Below, in pieces: positions 38,117-50,160 of a stretch of 64,000 nucleotides of DNA (the stretch's first letter is position 1; every line of letters begins with the position of its first letter). The translations under genes were made by a program, and so were the position numbers. This DNA comes from Macrostomum lignano (lineage: Eukaryota): the NCBI GenBank assembly GCA_002269645.1, contig NIVC01002705.1:1-64000 (forward strand), written 5' to 3'. The notes beneath the pieces were generated by a model, which was not told the origin of the DNA, did no database searches, and worked only from the letters and a program-made list of their open reading frames with translations.

Positions 38117-39701
38117 TCAGGCAGTCGCGGTCTCGCGGTAGAGACTGCACAGCCGGTCGCACTCGTCCAGAGCTTCGCTCATGTCGCCCTCGGTGATGCC
38201 CTCCTGCTGGTACAGGTGGAAGAAGGCCCTCCCGCTGGCAAACAGTTTGCGCACCTGGGTAGCTTGCTGCTCAACCAGGTTAGCTGTGGAGCTCGAGTTG
38301 ACAAAGAAAGCCGCCGAGACGGTCTCGCCGCGCGGCGGAATGTCGCAGACGCCGGTTGAGAAGGCGTGAGTCAGCCAATTGGGAAAGACGGCCTCGCGAC
38401 GCGCCGAAGGTCGGTGAGCGCTGAGTCCAGCGCCTGGATTGGCACCCGGCCGCGGAAGATGCCGGCCGCTGAGAGGATGCGGCCCGCCGAGGGGTCGCAG
38501 GCCGCCAGCTGCGCCTCCGGGCTCAGCATCCGAGCAGAGAGCTCACGGACCGAGTTGCCGTGCGTGGAGCCCCAGCCCAGCGAGGACAACAGGAAGTGCA
38601 GCCTGCGGAAACGAGTCCGACACTGTTAATCAGCCTTTGAGCACCTTGAAAGCACCTTAATCTTTAGTAACCTGTAGAATTTCAGCTTTCGATGTCTAAT
38701 ATATTCAATACTTAGATTAGCGAGAGACGAACGCGGAGATAATTTCTTTATTGGAGCTAAGTGAAACTTCGAGCGTAAAACCGAGGGGGAGAAGAGCTGA
38801 CGAAGCGTACAAGCGTGGATTCAGAAACCCATCCTTACCTTTAAGGAGTTCGAATTACACCTATACAATCTTAACTACAATGCCAGCCAATGCTAATATT
38901 GAGTCTCCATTCTGAACTCAAATTTCTCTCAAACGAGTTCTCACCTGGGCAGGGGCACCAGCGCGCTGGCCAGTTTGCCCGGACTGAGGTTTAGCTGTCC
39001 AGGAAACCGGACGCAGGCAGTCAGGCCCAGCATCATGTTGGCCGCTGTCCGGTTCACGTCTTCAATGTCCGGCTTTGGACGTTCGCTGGCCGCGCGCAGG
39101 CCGGCCAAGTCCCAGCAGTAGGTGATCTCGGCACTGCTGGCCAGGTGCGGCGCGCACAGGGTGGCGTTGTAAGCCTCGATGATGGCCGGCTGGCCGGGGA
39201 ACAGGCTGAAGGTGTGCACAGGGACGCCGGACAGTCCCTGCTGGAGCAGGCGGCTGGTCAGGCCGGAGCCGGTGCCGCCGCCCAGGCTGTGGACGATGTG
39301 AACCGCGCGGACTCGATCGCTCAGCTCGAGCTGTCGCTGAACGGAGGTCAGAATTGACTCGGCCATCGCCTTGGCTCCGGGTGAGTCGTAGCCGCGCCCG
39401 TATGTGCTGGCGGCCTCCCCGGTGCCTTCAATGAGGCTGTCCGGCCGGAACAGGCCGGTGCAGGAGCTGGCGGACAGGGCGGCCACGCTGGTGGAGTCCA
39501 GATCGGCGAACACAGCTCTGGGCGAGTGCCGGCCCGACTGCGACTCCGCAAAGTTCACGCCGATCTTTTCAAGCTGCAACGGGCTGGAGCCAACAAACTG
39601 GCCCTGACAGTCCAGGCCGTGCTCGTCGGCCAGGCTCTCCAGTACTTGAGCCCGACGCAGACGCCGCACTGACCAATGTGGATGGTGATAATCTCCTGCA
39701 T
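38117..39701 (-). CDS. Highly divergent beta-tubulin-like protein, ~414 aa (exons 39701-38945, 38602-38117; one missing C in each exon)
   Basis: MQEIITIHIGQCG, PRAVFADLD, HSLGGGTGSG, IEAYNATL, RFPGQLN, PLPR|LHF across a phase-2 intron, AACDP..GRIL, VCDIPPRG, RAFFHLY..EG. Restoring one C near 39640 and one near 38381 gives an intact frame. Confidence 0.85.
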
Positions 39702-40169
39702 GCCGGCTTTGGTTAAGCTGTCAGTGTTACCTAAGTCAGTAGTCTAGCGGTGCGGTGAGGCCTTGAGCGAGCTTGGTTGATCGCTGCACTGCTGCTGCGC
39801 TCTCAGCTTGGCTGACTGAATAAGCCTGGCCAAGCCAAGCAAAAGCCATAGACTATACAGCATACAGCAACCAGATCCCGACATAGGGAAGCCTAGCCAC
39901 AGACTTAAGCCAGTTACTCGCTTTCCTTTTTATATTTTATAATTTTGCTAAACTTGAGCACACACATTCACGCAGTTTATACGTACTCAGGGGCACACAA
40001 ACAGGGTTTCCAGCGTTCCTGACTTTTCTATTCGCAAGGCATGTACACTCTCTGTGTTATAAAGGGGTTGGCCCTAATGGGCGTGAATTGCATACATACC
40101 AATTGCTGTGTTGAACATCTCGCACAAAAAGGTATTTTTCTTCAGTGCTTGTCAGTTTCTAGGAATAGA

Positions 40170-40565
40170 TTTAGAAAATCTGTTTCTAGGAATCAGAAAG
40201 TCTGTTTCTAGGAATCAGAAAGGCTGTTTCAAGGAATCAGAAAGTCTGTTTTTAGGAATCAGAAAATCTGTTTCTAGGAATCAGAAAGACTGTTTCTAGG
40301 AATCAGAAAGTCTGTTTCTAGGAATCCTAAAGTCTGTTTCTAGGAATCAGAAAGTCTGTTTCTAGGAATCAGAAAGACTGTTTCTAGGAATCAGAAAGTC
40401 TGTTTTTAGGAATCAGAAAGTCTGTTTCTAGGAATCAGAAAGGCTGTTTCTAGGAATTAGAAAGTCTGTTTTTAGGAATCAGAAAGACTGTTTCTAGGAA
40501 TCAGAAAGGCTGTTTCTAGGAATTAGAAAGTCTGTTTCTAGGAATTAGAAAGTCTGTTTTTAGGT
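40170..40565. repeat. 22-bp minisatellite (ggaatcagaaagtctgtttcta)
   Basis: About 17 tandem units upstream of the coiled-coil gene. Confidence 0.95.
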
Positions 40566-41162
40566 TGTTTCTGTTTTTTAGTTTGTATAAAATTTTGCAG
40601 CAATTTTACCCTTTGAATATATTTTTTCTTCAGAACTGTTAGAAGTTTGGTCGGTATTTATTGCTAACAGTAGTTCCTTTGCTTTCTGGCACAGAAAATT
40701 ACCAGAGGCTACTTGCAAAGCACCGTCATTCGTCTATTCAGCCTTTCCTCACAACCAGTTAAAAAGTATCAAAGGCTTGATATTACAGTGGGCTACTAGA
40801 GGTCTCTGCTCTGCTATATTGCTGCTACCGCCGTGGCCTGAGTACTCTGCTCAGCCTCCATTGTCAAAAGAGCGAGAGAGACTCAGGCAAAGCAGCGAGA
40901 CCAGCGCCATCGCCGCTCGCCTCCTTTTGATATCTAAGCTCTTCCTTTGGCTCAAGACTAAGTTTTCAAAGCTTTGCACGAGAGGGGGAGAGAGAGAATT
41001 TCTGACAGGTAGAAGCGGGGCAACTTAAAAAATGAGCATTTAGAGCTTGGCTGGCCATCTCGTCGCTAAACTAGTCTGTAAATTAGAGCCCCAACTCTCG
41101 CATTAAGAACCGGCGGCCTCTCAAACAAAATTTGAACTCTCAGAACAACCGAAATCAGCAAA

Positions 41163-44100
41163 ATGGCGTCCAGAGTCAGCGAGCTGCGCCTGCGACTGGA
41201 CTCCGAGCCAGCGGACGAAGTCGATCAGGATGAGCCGGACGACAGCGGCTGCTTGGAGTTCCCGCAGCAGCAGCCGCCGACGCCACCGCCTCCGCCGAGG
41301 CCAACCAGAGCGGAGCAGCAGCCGCCGCCGCCAGCGCAGTCGCAGTCTGCAACAAAGAAACCTGACGCACCAACGGCTGAGCTGTCGTTTCAGGAACAGC
41401 TGCGCCGCATTGCTTTCGGCGGCAGCCGGCAGAAGCGGCCAACTGCCAGCGGCGGCTCGATCGAAAAGCTGCCGGCGGCGGCGGCGGCTGCAGCGCCAGT
41501 CGAGAAGGCGACAGGCAAAGCTTCAGTTGCGTCGTCGGCGATTGGCGACGAAGATCAGCGACAGCCGTCAACGCTTGACCTGATCGCCAGAGTGCGGAGC
41601 AGCTTGACGACTTATCAGGTACCTGCTGATGCTGTCTCACCGTTCTTTGTAGCCATCCAATCCGCATAATATAGGCCTGGAAGCCGATACCGTTTCATAG
41701 AAACGTACTCTATTTCCTGGAAAACTATTCCTTTTCCAGGAAAACTATTCCATTTCTTGGAAACCTGATTAATTTCCTAGTAATCTATTCCATTTTCTAG
41801 AAATTAATTTAGGAACCTATTCCATTTCCTGGAAACCTGTTCCATTTCCTGGAAACCTATTCCATTTCCTGGAAACGTATTCCATTTCCTGGAAACGTAT
41901 TCCATTTCCTGGAAACCTATTCCATTTCCTGGAAACCTATTCCATTTCCTGGAAACCTATTCCATTTCCTGAAAACCTATTCCATTTCCTGGAAACCTAT
42001 TCCATTTCCTGGAAACCTATTCCATTTCCTGGAAACCTATTCCATTTCCTGGAAACCTATTCCATTTCCTGGAAACCTATTCCATTTCCTGGAAACCTAT
42101 TCCATTTCCTGGAAACCTATTCCATTTCCTGGAAACCTATTCCATTTCCAGGAAACCTATTCCATTTCCTGGAAACCTATTCCATTTCCTGGAAACCTAT
42201 TCCATTTCCTGGAAACCTATTCCATTTCCTGAAAACCTATTCCATTTCCTGGAAACCTATTCCATTTCCTGGAAACCTATTCCATTTCCTGGAAACCTAT
42301 TCTATTTCCTGGAAACCTATTCCATTTCCTGGAAACCTATTCCATTTCCTGGAAACCTATTCCATTTCCTGGAAACCTATTCCATTTCCTGGAAACCCAT
42401 TCCATTTCCTGGAAACCCATTCCATTTCCTGGAAACCCATTCCATTTCCTGGAAACCTATTCCATTTCCTGGAAACCTATTCTTGTTTCCAGGAAATCTA
42501 TTCTCTTTCCGGAAAACCTATTCTGTTTCCTGGAAACCTTTCATATTTCCTCGAAAGCGATCGAAATCTACTCTCCTACCCGAAAAGCTTTACTCTACTT
42601 CAAGGAAACCTTCTCCACAGTTTTCTGGAGCAAAAGCACGGCGGAGATTGCATTTTTTCCTTTTTTGCTTACGCAAAGATTTTACAACTTTTTGAGGACT
42701 TTTTTGACTCCTATAGAATCAAAACTTTACGGATAATAGAAATGTATATTATTCGAGCATCTATTGTTAACAGATCTATAAATCGAAATAACAGGCTTAA
42801 AATAGCCACTGCCGCAAATAAGATCCCTGTCCGCTCCGCAGACTGCAGCACCTCCGCCACCAGCCGCTGTCGAGAATGACGTGGATGACTACAATCGCTA
42901 CTATTACCGAGAGGCGGCGGCCTCCGCCCCGGTGCCCGCTTATCCTGCAGACGACGCCGCCTACGATTATCGCGGCGGGGACGGCAGCAACGGCTTCAAT
43001 GATGAGGCAGTCCTCAGAGACGGCGGAATCTTCTTCGAGGACGATCCGTGCTACGATCCGGGCGTCGGATCCCAGGACGACTTCGATGATGTCGGCTTGC
43101 AGCGCCGGCAGCAGCAGCCGGGCTCCATGCTGCGGGAGGTCCGGGCCCGCTGGGCGGCACAGCGCGAGGAAGAGGTCGAACGGCTCAAGGAGATGTCGAA
43201 CCAGCGGCAGCTGGAGACTCAACTGAGAGAGGAGTGCCGACAACTCAATGAAAATGTGAGCACCTAGTGAGACCGGGAGTGAGGGGTAGCTTTAAAAATG
43301 AGTTCACACTAATCAAGCGACATGGATAAGAGATCAGTTCCAGCTGGGTCACGCGCTGCAGGTTCTCAATACTCAAGTTTTAATAGTTAACATGTATGCC
43401 GAGTCCAATGTCATAATTCTATACCTTGATCCCAATCCCGATTCCAATCCCAATTCCAGTACTGATCCTAAATCCTAAATCCCAATGTCAGTTCTGATCC
43501 CAAATCCCGATCTCAGTTCTGATCCCTAATCCCAAATCCCAATCTCAGTACTGATCCCAAATCCCATTTCCAGCTGTACGAGAAGCAGCGAGAGGTGCAG
43601 GCCATGGCCGACCAGCTCGACTTGCTGAGGCGTCTAAACGAGCAAACCAAGAGCGACCTTATGGCTGCCGTGGAGAAAGGCGACTTTCAGGTAGGGTCTG
43701 AGTCTGCTTGGGCTTTTATATATGCAGCTTTGAGGGCTTTGATTTTACGAGCAAAAGCAGGCAGTAGCCACCATTCGAAATCCCAGGTTCAAAGGTTCAC
43801 AAGATCAAAGTGTCACAAGATCAAAGTGTCACAAGATCAAAGTGTCACAAGATCAAAGTGTCACAAGATCAAAGTGTCACAAGATCAAAGTGTCACAAGA
43901 TCAAAGTGTCACAAGATCAAAGTGTCACAAGATCAAAGTGTCACAAGATCAAAGTGTCACAAGATCCAAGTGTCACAAGATCCACGTGTCACAAGATCCA
44001 AGTGTCACAAGATCAAAGTGTCACAAGATCAAAGTGTCACAAGATCAAAGTGTCACAAGATTTCACAAGATCAATTTTTCAAAGCCGCGCAACGAAAATC

Positions 44101-46879
44101 CGCCAAATTCTTTATTTCAGGCGAGCGAGCTGAAGCTGGTGATGGAGGAGGACCGGCAGGTGCTCGAGGCCACCCGCCGGGAGAACCTGGAGCTCAAATC
44201 CAAGATGGAATGCGACGAGCTGGAGATGCGCGGCCTGGAGGGCCGCCTGGCCGGCCTGGAGCGGCAGCTGCAGTCGATGCAGTCGGAGAACGGTCGCCTC
44301 GCCCAGCAGATGCGGGAGACGTCGCTCAGCGTCCAGGCCGGCGCGATGGAGCGTCAGGAGGCTGGACGGTTGGGACAGCAGCTGGTGGCGCTGGAGACCG
44401 AGCTGATGCGGCTCCGCAGGGAGGTGGCCAATCAGCATCTGGTCGGCAGTCAGCAGGCAGCGGCCGTCGCTGCCGCCGCCGTCAATGTCGCCGCGCCCAC
44501 GAAGCTGCCGACGACCACGGCGACCGCATCGACAATGACGACGCCAAGAGTGGCCGCGGTTGAGCAGCCAGCATGCAGAACCACTGCGGGGCCGAGCAGG
44601 CTGCAGCGGGCGCTAGAGGTTTGAGAATGTGTTGAATTTCTGTTTTAATAACTTGCTGGGGAACTTTTCTGACCCTGTCTAACAGTTACAGATACTGTCT
44701 AACAGTTGCCTATCCTGTCTAACAGTTACAGATACTGTCTAACAGTTACAGATCCTGTCTAACAGTTGCCGATTCTGTCTAACAGTTACAGATACTGTCT
44801 AACAGTTGCCGATTCTGTCTAACAGTTGCCGATTCTGTCTAACAGTGTTAAGATACTGTCTAACATGTCTTACACATTTTGATTTTCTGTAACAGGTTCA
44901 AGTCCTATTTATCTAACATTTTTTAACAATGCTACTATTTGGCAGCTAATTTAAGTTGAATCTTATTAAAAACATATTACTAATTGTTTAAAATAATGTC
45001 GGAGCTACGCAATTTTAGATGAGCATTACCGGAACCTCGGCGAAGCCATCGACTGCTGCCTATGAACCGGCGCCCCCTGCGACACAGCCACCGCCGCCAC
45101 CGCCGCGTCAGAAGCAGCAGCCGCAGCCCACAACGCCGCCTCCGGCGCCCCGGCTGCAGCGCAGCGCCGAGGACGAGCAAATCTCCGACAGGGTGCGCGG
45201 CTTCCTGACGCGGATGCAGACGCCGCCAGCAACGCCAAAACCGCAGCAGCAGCAGCAGCAACAGCAGCCGATGTCGGAGTCCCGCCGGCGGCAACTGCGG
45301 CCGGTGCCAATTCAGCGGCTTCAGCAATTGCAGCAGCAGAAGCAGCAGCAGCAGCAGACACAACAGTCGGTTTTTCAAAGTCGACAACAGCCGCAGATTC
45401 GCCGACCAATTCGAACCGGAAGTTTTGGAGCCGGCGGCAGTGGCGGCAGCATTGTCGAACGACTTCGGGCCGAATTTCGCGACGCTCATTCGTCGGAAAT
45501 TAAGCGACTCGCCGCCGCGTCGACAGCTGCGTCGCCGTCGGTGCCGGCGATGGCTTCGTCAACCGCGGCGCCACAAAATCCGCAGCTCTCGTGGCGGCCG
45601 CCGGCAGCTCAGCAGCTGCAGCAGCCAAGGCGCAGCGCAGCCTCGTCCATGACGAACATCCTGCAAGGTCTCGAGGCCATGAACTCGTTCCGCAGCGGCG
45701 CCGGCGCTGCCGTCGGGAGCGCGACATCGAGCGCCGTCCCCAGACTGTCTCTGGAGTCGGGGGCTGGCGGCGAGACTGGGAGGTGAGGCCGCTGCGTTAG
45801 CCAGCCATCTGTCACTCTAATAATCTGTCCCTCTGATATCTGTCACCTGTCACTCAGGTAATCTGTCACTCCAATGATCTTTCACTCTAGTATTCTGTCA
45901 CTCCAATGATCCGTCACTCCAATGATCTGTCACTCCAATGATCTGTCACTCTAATGATCTGTCACTCCAATGATCTGTCACTCCAATGATCTGTCACTCC
46001 AATGATCTGTCACTCCAATGATCTGTCACTCTAATGATCTGTCACTCCAATGATCTGTCACTCCAATGATCTGTCACTCCAATGATCTGTCACTCCAATG
46101 ATCTGTCACTCTAATGATCTGTCACTCCAATGATCTGTCACTCCAATGATCTGTCACTCTAATGATCTGTCACTCCAATGATCTGTCACTCCAATGATCT
46201 GTCACTCCAATGATCTGTCACTCCAATGATCTGTCACTCCAATGATCTGTCACTCCAATGATCTGTCACTCCAATGATCTGTCACTCTAATGATCTGTCA
46301 CTCCAATGATCTGTCACTCCAATGATCTGTCACTCCAATGATCTGTCACTCCAATGATCTGTCACTCTAATGATCTGTCACTCCAATGATCTGTCACTCC
46401 AATGATCTGTCACTCCAATGATCTGTCACTCCAATGATCTGTCACTCCAATGATCCGTCACTCCAATGATCTGTCACTCCAATGATCTGTCACTCTAATG
46501 ATCTGTCACTCCAATGATCTGTCACTCCAATGATCTGTCACTCCAATGATCTGTCACTCCAATGATCTGTCACTCTAATGATCTGTCACTCCAATGATCT
46601 GTCACTCCAATGATCTGTCACTCTAATGATCTGTCACTCCAATGATCTGTCACTCCAATGATCTGTCACTCCAATGATCTGTCACTCCAATGATCTGTCA
46701 CTCCAATGATCTGTCACTCTAATGATCTGTCACTCCAATGATATGTCACTGCTCGCAGAAGTGACACCCGCTGGAATCATCTTCGCGACTACGCCGAGGC
46801 TCGGGAGCTGACCGCCAGCGCTAGAAAGTACGCCGACTCGTTGGTGACGAAGTACCTGAGCCAGCAGGGGGCCAGCTGA
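41163..46879 (+). CDS. Uncharacterised ~789-aa coiled-coil and Pro/Gln/Ala-rich protein; exons 41163-41618, 42842-43255, 43574-43690, 44121-44618, 45019-45782, 46759-46879
   Basis: Six GC-rich segments joined by GT-AG introns that keep the frame (four phase 0, one phase 2). Heptad-like E/Q/R/L-rich region in exons 2-4; stop at 46877-46879. Confidence 0.72.
41810..42482. repeat. 20-bp minisatellite (tccatttcctggaaacctat) in intron 1
   Basis: About 33 near-perfect tandem units. Confidence 0.97.
43798..44066. repeat. 16-bp minisatellite (gtgtcacaagatcaaa) in intron 3
   Basis: About 16 tandem units. Confidence 0.96.
44674..44865. repeat. 20-bp minisatellite (ctgtctaacagttacagata and variants) in intron 4
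   Basis: About 9 tandem units. Confidence 0.92.
45895..46750. repeat. 16-bp minisatellite (ctccaatgatctgtca) in intron 5
   Basis: More than 50 tandem units, preceded by degenerate units from ~45808. Confidence 0.97.
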
Positions 46880-47367
46880 CCTTCATTGTTCCTTCATCGG
46901 TGGATACGAATAATTAGGCGCAGGGGTTACAAAGGTTAGAAATCTTCAGAGACAGTCTTCTCGTAGCAAAAAGTTTTTATCTATCGAATTTCGAAAATAA
47001 ACTTGATAAAAATTAAGTTCGCTTTAATTTTTTTCGTCATTCACGCGCAGAACATTCTACTGTAGCCAGTAGTAGCTTTGAAACAAGTCCGCTGGGTCGG
47101 AGCTTGTCCGGGAATGGGGGCACCGTCTTCTAGATAGCTGTCATGTGCATTCACGCGTTACAGTTGTGCACCGCTTAGTAAGCACCTGTGGTGCTGTTCA
47201 CTTTCATACTTTACTCTCGCGAACTTCGTTTTTTATAGTTCATGTTATTGACGTTTTTCAGCAACCAAATATAGTTCATAAAGGTTAAGATTGATTTAAT
47301 ATTTTGGCGTATACATGTATTTCTCTGTCAGACTCCTAAGCATCACTCTGTATGTATGTCTCACTTG

Positions 47368-48700
47368 GTCACTCTGTAAGACTCTCTCAGTCACTCTGTA
47401 TGACTCTCTCAGTCACTCTGTATGACTCTCTCAGTCACTCTGTATGACTCTCTCAGTCACTCTGTAAGACTCATTTGGTTACTCTGTATGACTCTCTCAG
47501 TCACTCTGTATGACTCTCTCAGTCACTCTGTATGGCTCTCTCAGTCACTCTGTATGACTCTCTCAGTCACTCTGTATGGCTCTCTCAGTCACTCTGTATG
47601 ACTCTCTCAGTCACTCTGTATGGCTCTCTCAGTCACTCTCAGTCACTCTGTATGACTCTCTCAGTCACTCTGTAAGACTCATTTGGTTACTCTGTATGAC
47701 TCTCTCAGTCACTCTGTATGACTCTCTCAGTCACTCTGTATGACTCTCTCAGTCACTCTGTATGACTCTCTCAGTCACTCTGTATGACTCTCTCAGTCAC
47801 TCTGTATGACTCTCTCAGTCACTCTGTATGACTCTCTCAGTCACTCTGTATGACTCTCTCAGTCACTCTGTATGACTCTCTCAGTCACTCTGTATGACTC
47901 TCTCAGTCACTCTGTAAGACTCATTTGGTTACTCTGTATGACTCTCTCAGTCACTCTGTATGACTCTCTCAGTCACTCTGTATGACTCTCTCAGTCACTC
48001 TGTAAGACTCACTTGGTCACTCTGTATGACTCTCTGAGTCACACAGTTTCACTCTCTCAGTCACTCTGTATGACTCCTCAGTCACTCTCAGTCACTCTGT
48101 ATGACTCTCTCAGTTACTCTGAATGACTCTCTCAGTCACTCTGTAAGACTCACTTGGTCACTCTGCATGAGTCTCTCAGTCACTCTGCATGAGTCTCTCA
48201 GTCACTCTGTATGACTCTCTCAGTCACTCTGTAAGACTCACTTGGTCACTCTCTATGACTCTCTCAGTCACTCTGCTTCACTCTCTCAGTCACACTGTTT
48301 CACTCTCTCAGTCACTCTGCATGACTCACTTGGTCACTCTGTATGACTCTCTCAGTCACTCTGCATGACTCACTTGGTCACTCTGTATGACTCTCTCAGT
48401 CACTCTGCATGACTCACTTGGTCACTCTGTATGACTCTCTCAGTCACTCTGCATGACTCTCTCAGTCACTCTGCTTCACTCTCTCAGTCACACTGTTTCA
48501 CTCTCTCAGTCACTCTGCATGACTCACTTGGTCACTCTCTATGAATCTCTCAGTCACTCTGCTTCACTCTCTCAGTCACACTGTTTCACTCTCTCAGTCA
48601 CTCTGCATGACTCACTTGGTCACTCTCTATGAATCTCTCAGTCACTCTGCTTCACTCTCTCAATCACTCTGTTTCACTCTCTCAGTCACTCTGTTTCACT
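47368..48700. repeat. 22-bp minisatellite (ctctcagtcactctgtatgact) with interspersed variant units
   Basis: ~1.3-kb array that becomes more degenerate at the right end. Confidence 0.96.
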
Positions 48701-49297
48701 CCCTTGAGTCACTCTGTTTGATACTCAACTCGAAAAATATCAGATGAAACTGTTCTGATTCGATGAAAAGTCAAACAAACAGCGACACTTGTTGAGCAGC
48801 AGGCCCACAGTGTTCTCAATGAAGATTGCAATACGAAAGGCAAGAAGTGTTGGAGACCAGCAGAGCAGGCCAGGGGACAATTCTGATCCCATCTCAGCAC
48901 CGAGAGCAACAGAGATCATATGGGCAGAATGAACTGCAGCTGGCTCTAAATTAGGCATCAGATCAAAAACGCTCAGGGCAGGCTCTGTCTCTCTCTCTCT
49001 CTCTCTCTCTCTTTCTCCACTATTAGAAAAAACTCAGAGCAATACGATTGTCTAATCTGCAATACTTCTGCAGCCGGTCCAATTCTAAAAAATGTAAGCT
49101 GCAATTTGCGTCGCTTTTGGATCGATGGAGAGGGTCCAGCATCCCGTGGCTCTGGACAGAGGGGCGGAAACCGGGGCGGGCGATGGCTGGGGTTGGAAGG
49201 GGGATAGAGATGCAGCAGTCAGTCCGCGGCTAAGCGTATTAAAGCAGCGATTTCTACCTGAGACCTAGGCAACAAGAGTTGTCTGAAGCAGAGGAAC

Positions 49298-49699
49298 ATG
49301 TCCGAGCTGGTGTGGATCGCCCACCTGACCCTTGCGGTGGTTTTCATCGCACTGCTGGTGGCCTCGTTCGCCAAGTTTCACTGGAAGCGCCGGCAGCAGA
49401 GGAAACGCCAGGAGGACAGCAAACTGGCCAGGGCGCTGCACAGGCAGATTCTGCTCAAACGGATGGCCCAGGCCGGAAGCGCCTTCGCCGCGGGCGCGCG
49501 GCTGCAGCAGCAGCAGAGGCAGCAGGCGCCAGTTCGCCTCGGTGCCATAGTGGAAGAGATGGACCGCGACTGTTCCAACTTTGGCGGCGCCGGGCCGAGC
49601 GGCTTCCAGGCCCAGCGAAGTCCGGAGCGGTTGAAACCGGCCGGACTCAACCTGGTGCTGTCCAACTTCAGGCGGGCAGGTGGGCACGGAAACGGATGA
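49298..49699 (+). CDS. Small single-pass membrane protein, 133 aa, unknown function
   Basis: ATG-initiated GC-rich ORF with a hydrophobic N-terminal segment (LVWIAHLTLAVVFIALLVASFA) followed by a basic stretch (KFHWKRRQQRKR). Confidence 0.55.
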   Translation: MSELVWIAHLTLAVVFIALLVASFAKFHWKRRQQRKRQEDSKLARALHRQILLKRMAQAGSAFAAGARLQQQQRQQAPVRLGAIVEEMDRDCSNFGGAGPSGFQAQRSPERLKPAGLNLVLSNFRRAGGHGNG

Positions 49700-49737
49700 A
49701 GCTTAGACTGCACCGCGTGTGAGTTTTTCTGCAGTGT

Positions 49738-50160
49738 AAACTACCGACTACCTAGTGTAGAATACCAAATACTAGGGTAAACTACCGACTAGCTAGTGTA
49801 GAATACCAAATACTAGGGTAAACTACCAACTAGCTAGTGTATAATACCAAATACTAGGGTAAACTACCGACTAGCTAATGTAAAATACCAAATACTAGGG
49901 TAAACTACCGACTAGCTAGTGTATAATACCAAATACTAGGGTAAACTACCGACTAGCTAATGTAAAATACCAAATACTAGGGTAAACTACCGACTAGCTA
50001 GTGTAGAATACCAAATACTAGGGTAAACTACCGACTAGCTAGTGTAGAATACCAAATACTAGGGTAAACTACCGATTAGCTAGTGTAGAATACCAAATAC
50101 TAGGGTAAACTACCGATTAGCTAGTGTAGAATACCAAATACTAGGGTAGACTACCGATTA
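49738..50160. repeat. 41-bp minisatellite (aaactaccgactagctagtgtagaataccaaatactagggt)
   Basis: About 10 tandem units. Confidence 0.96.

Larger units (their letters stand above)
27085..39840 (+). repeat. Tandem segmental duplication, unit 2
   Basis: Collinear with unit 1. It lacks the LINE and gypsy inserts but has its own ~1-kb insert at 34834-35860. The left boundary is approximate. Confidence 0.85.

Noticed and set aside
11840-39840. Tandem units as a pure haplotype mis-assembly
   Set aside because: Upstream flanks are clearly diverged, each unit has its own insertions, and intron 3 of copy 2 groups with copy 3. Spanning reads are still needed for final proof.
43595-44563. 322-aa and 260-aa ORFs with SQDQSVTRSKCHKIKV repeats
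   Set aside because: They read through the 16-bp intronic satellite; GT-AG sites at 43691 and 44120 remove it in frame.
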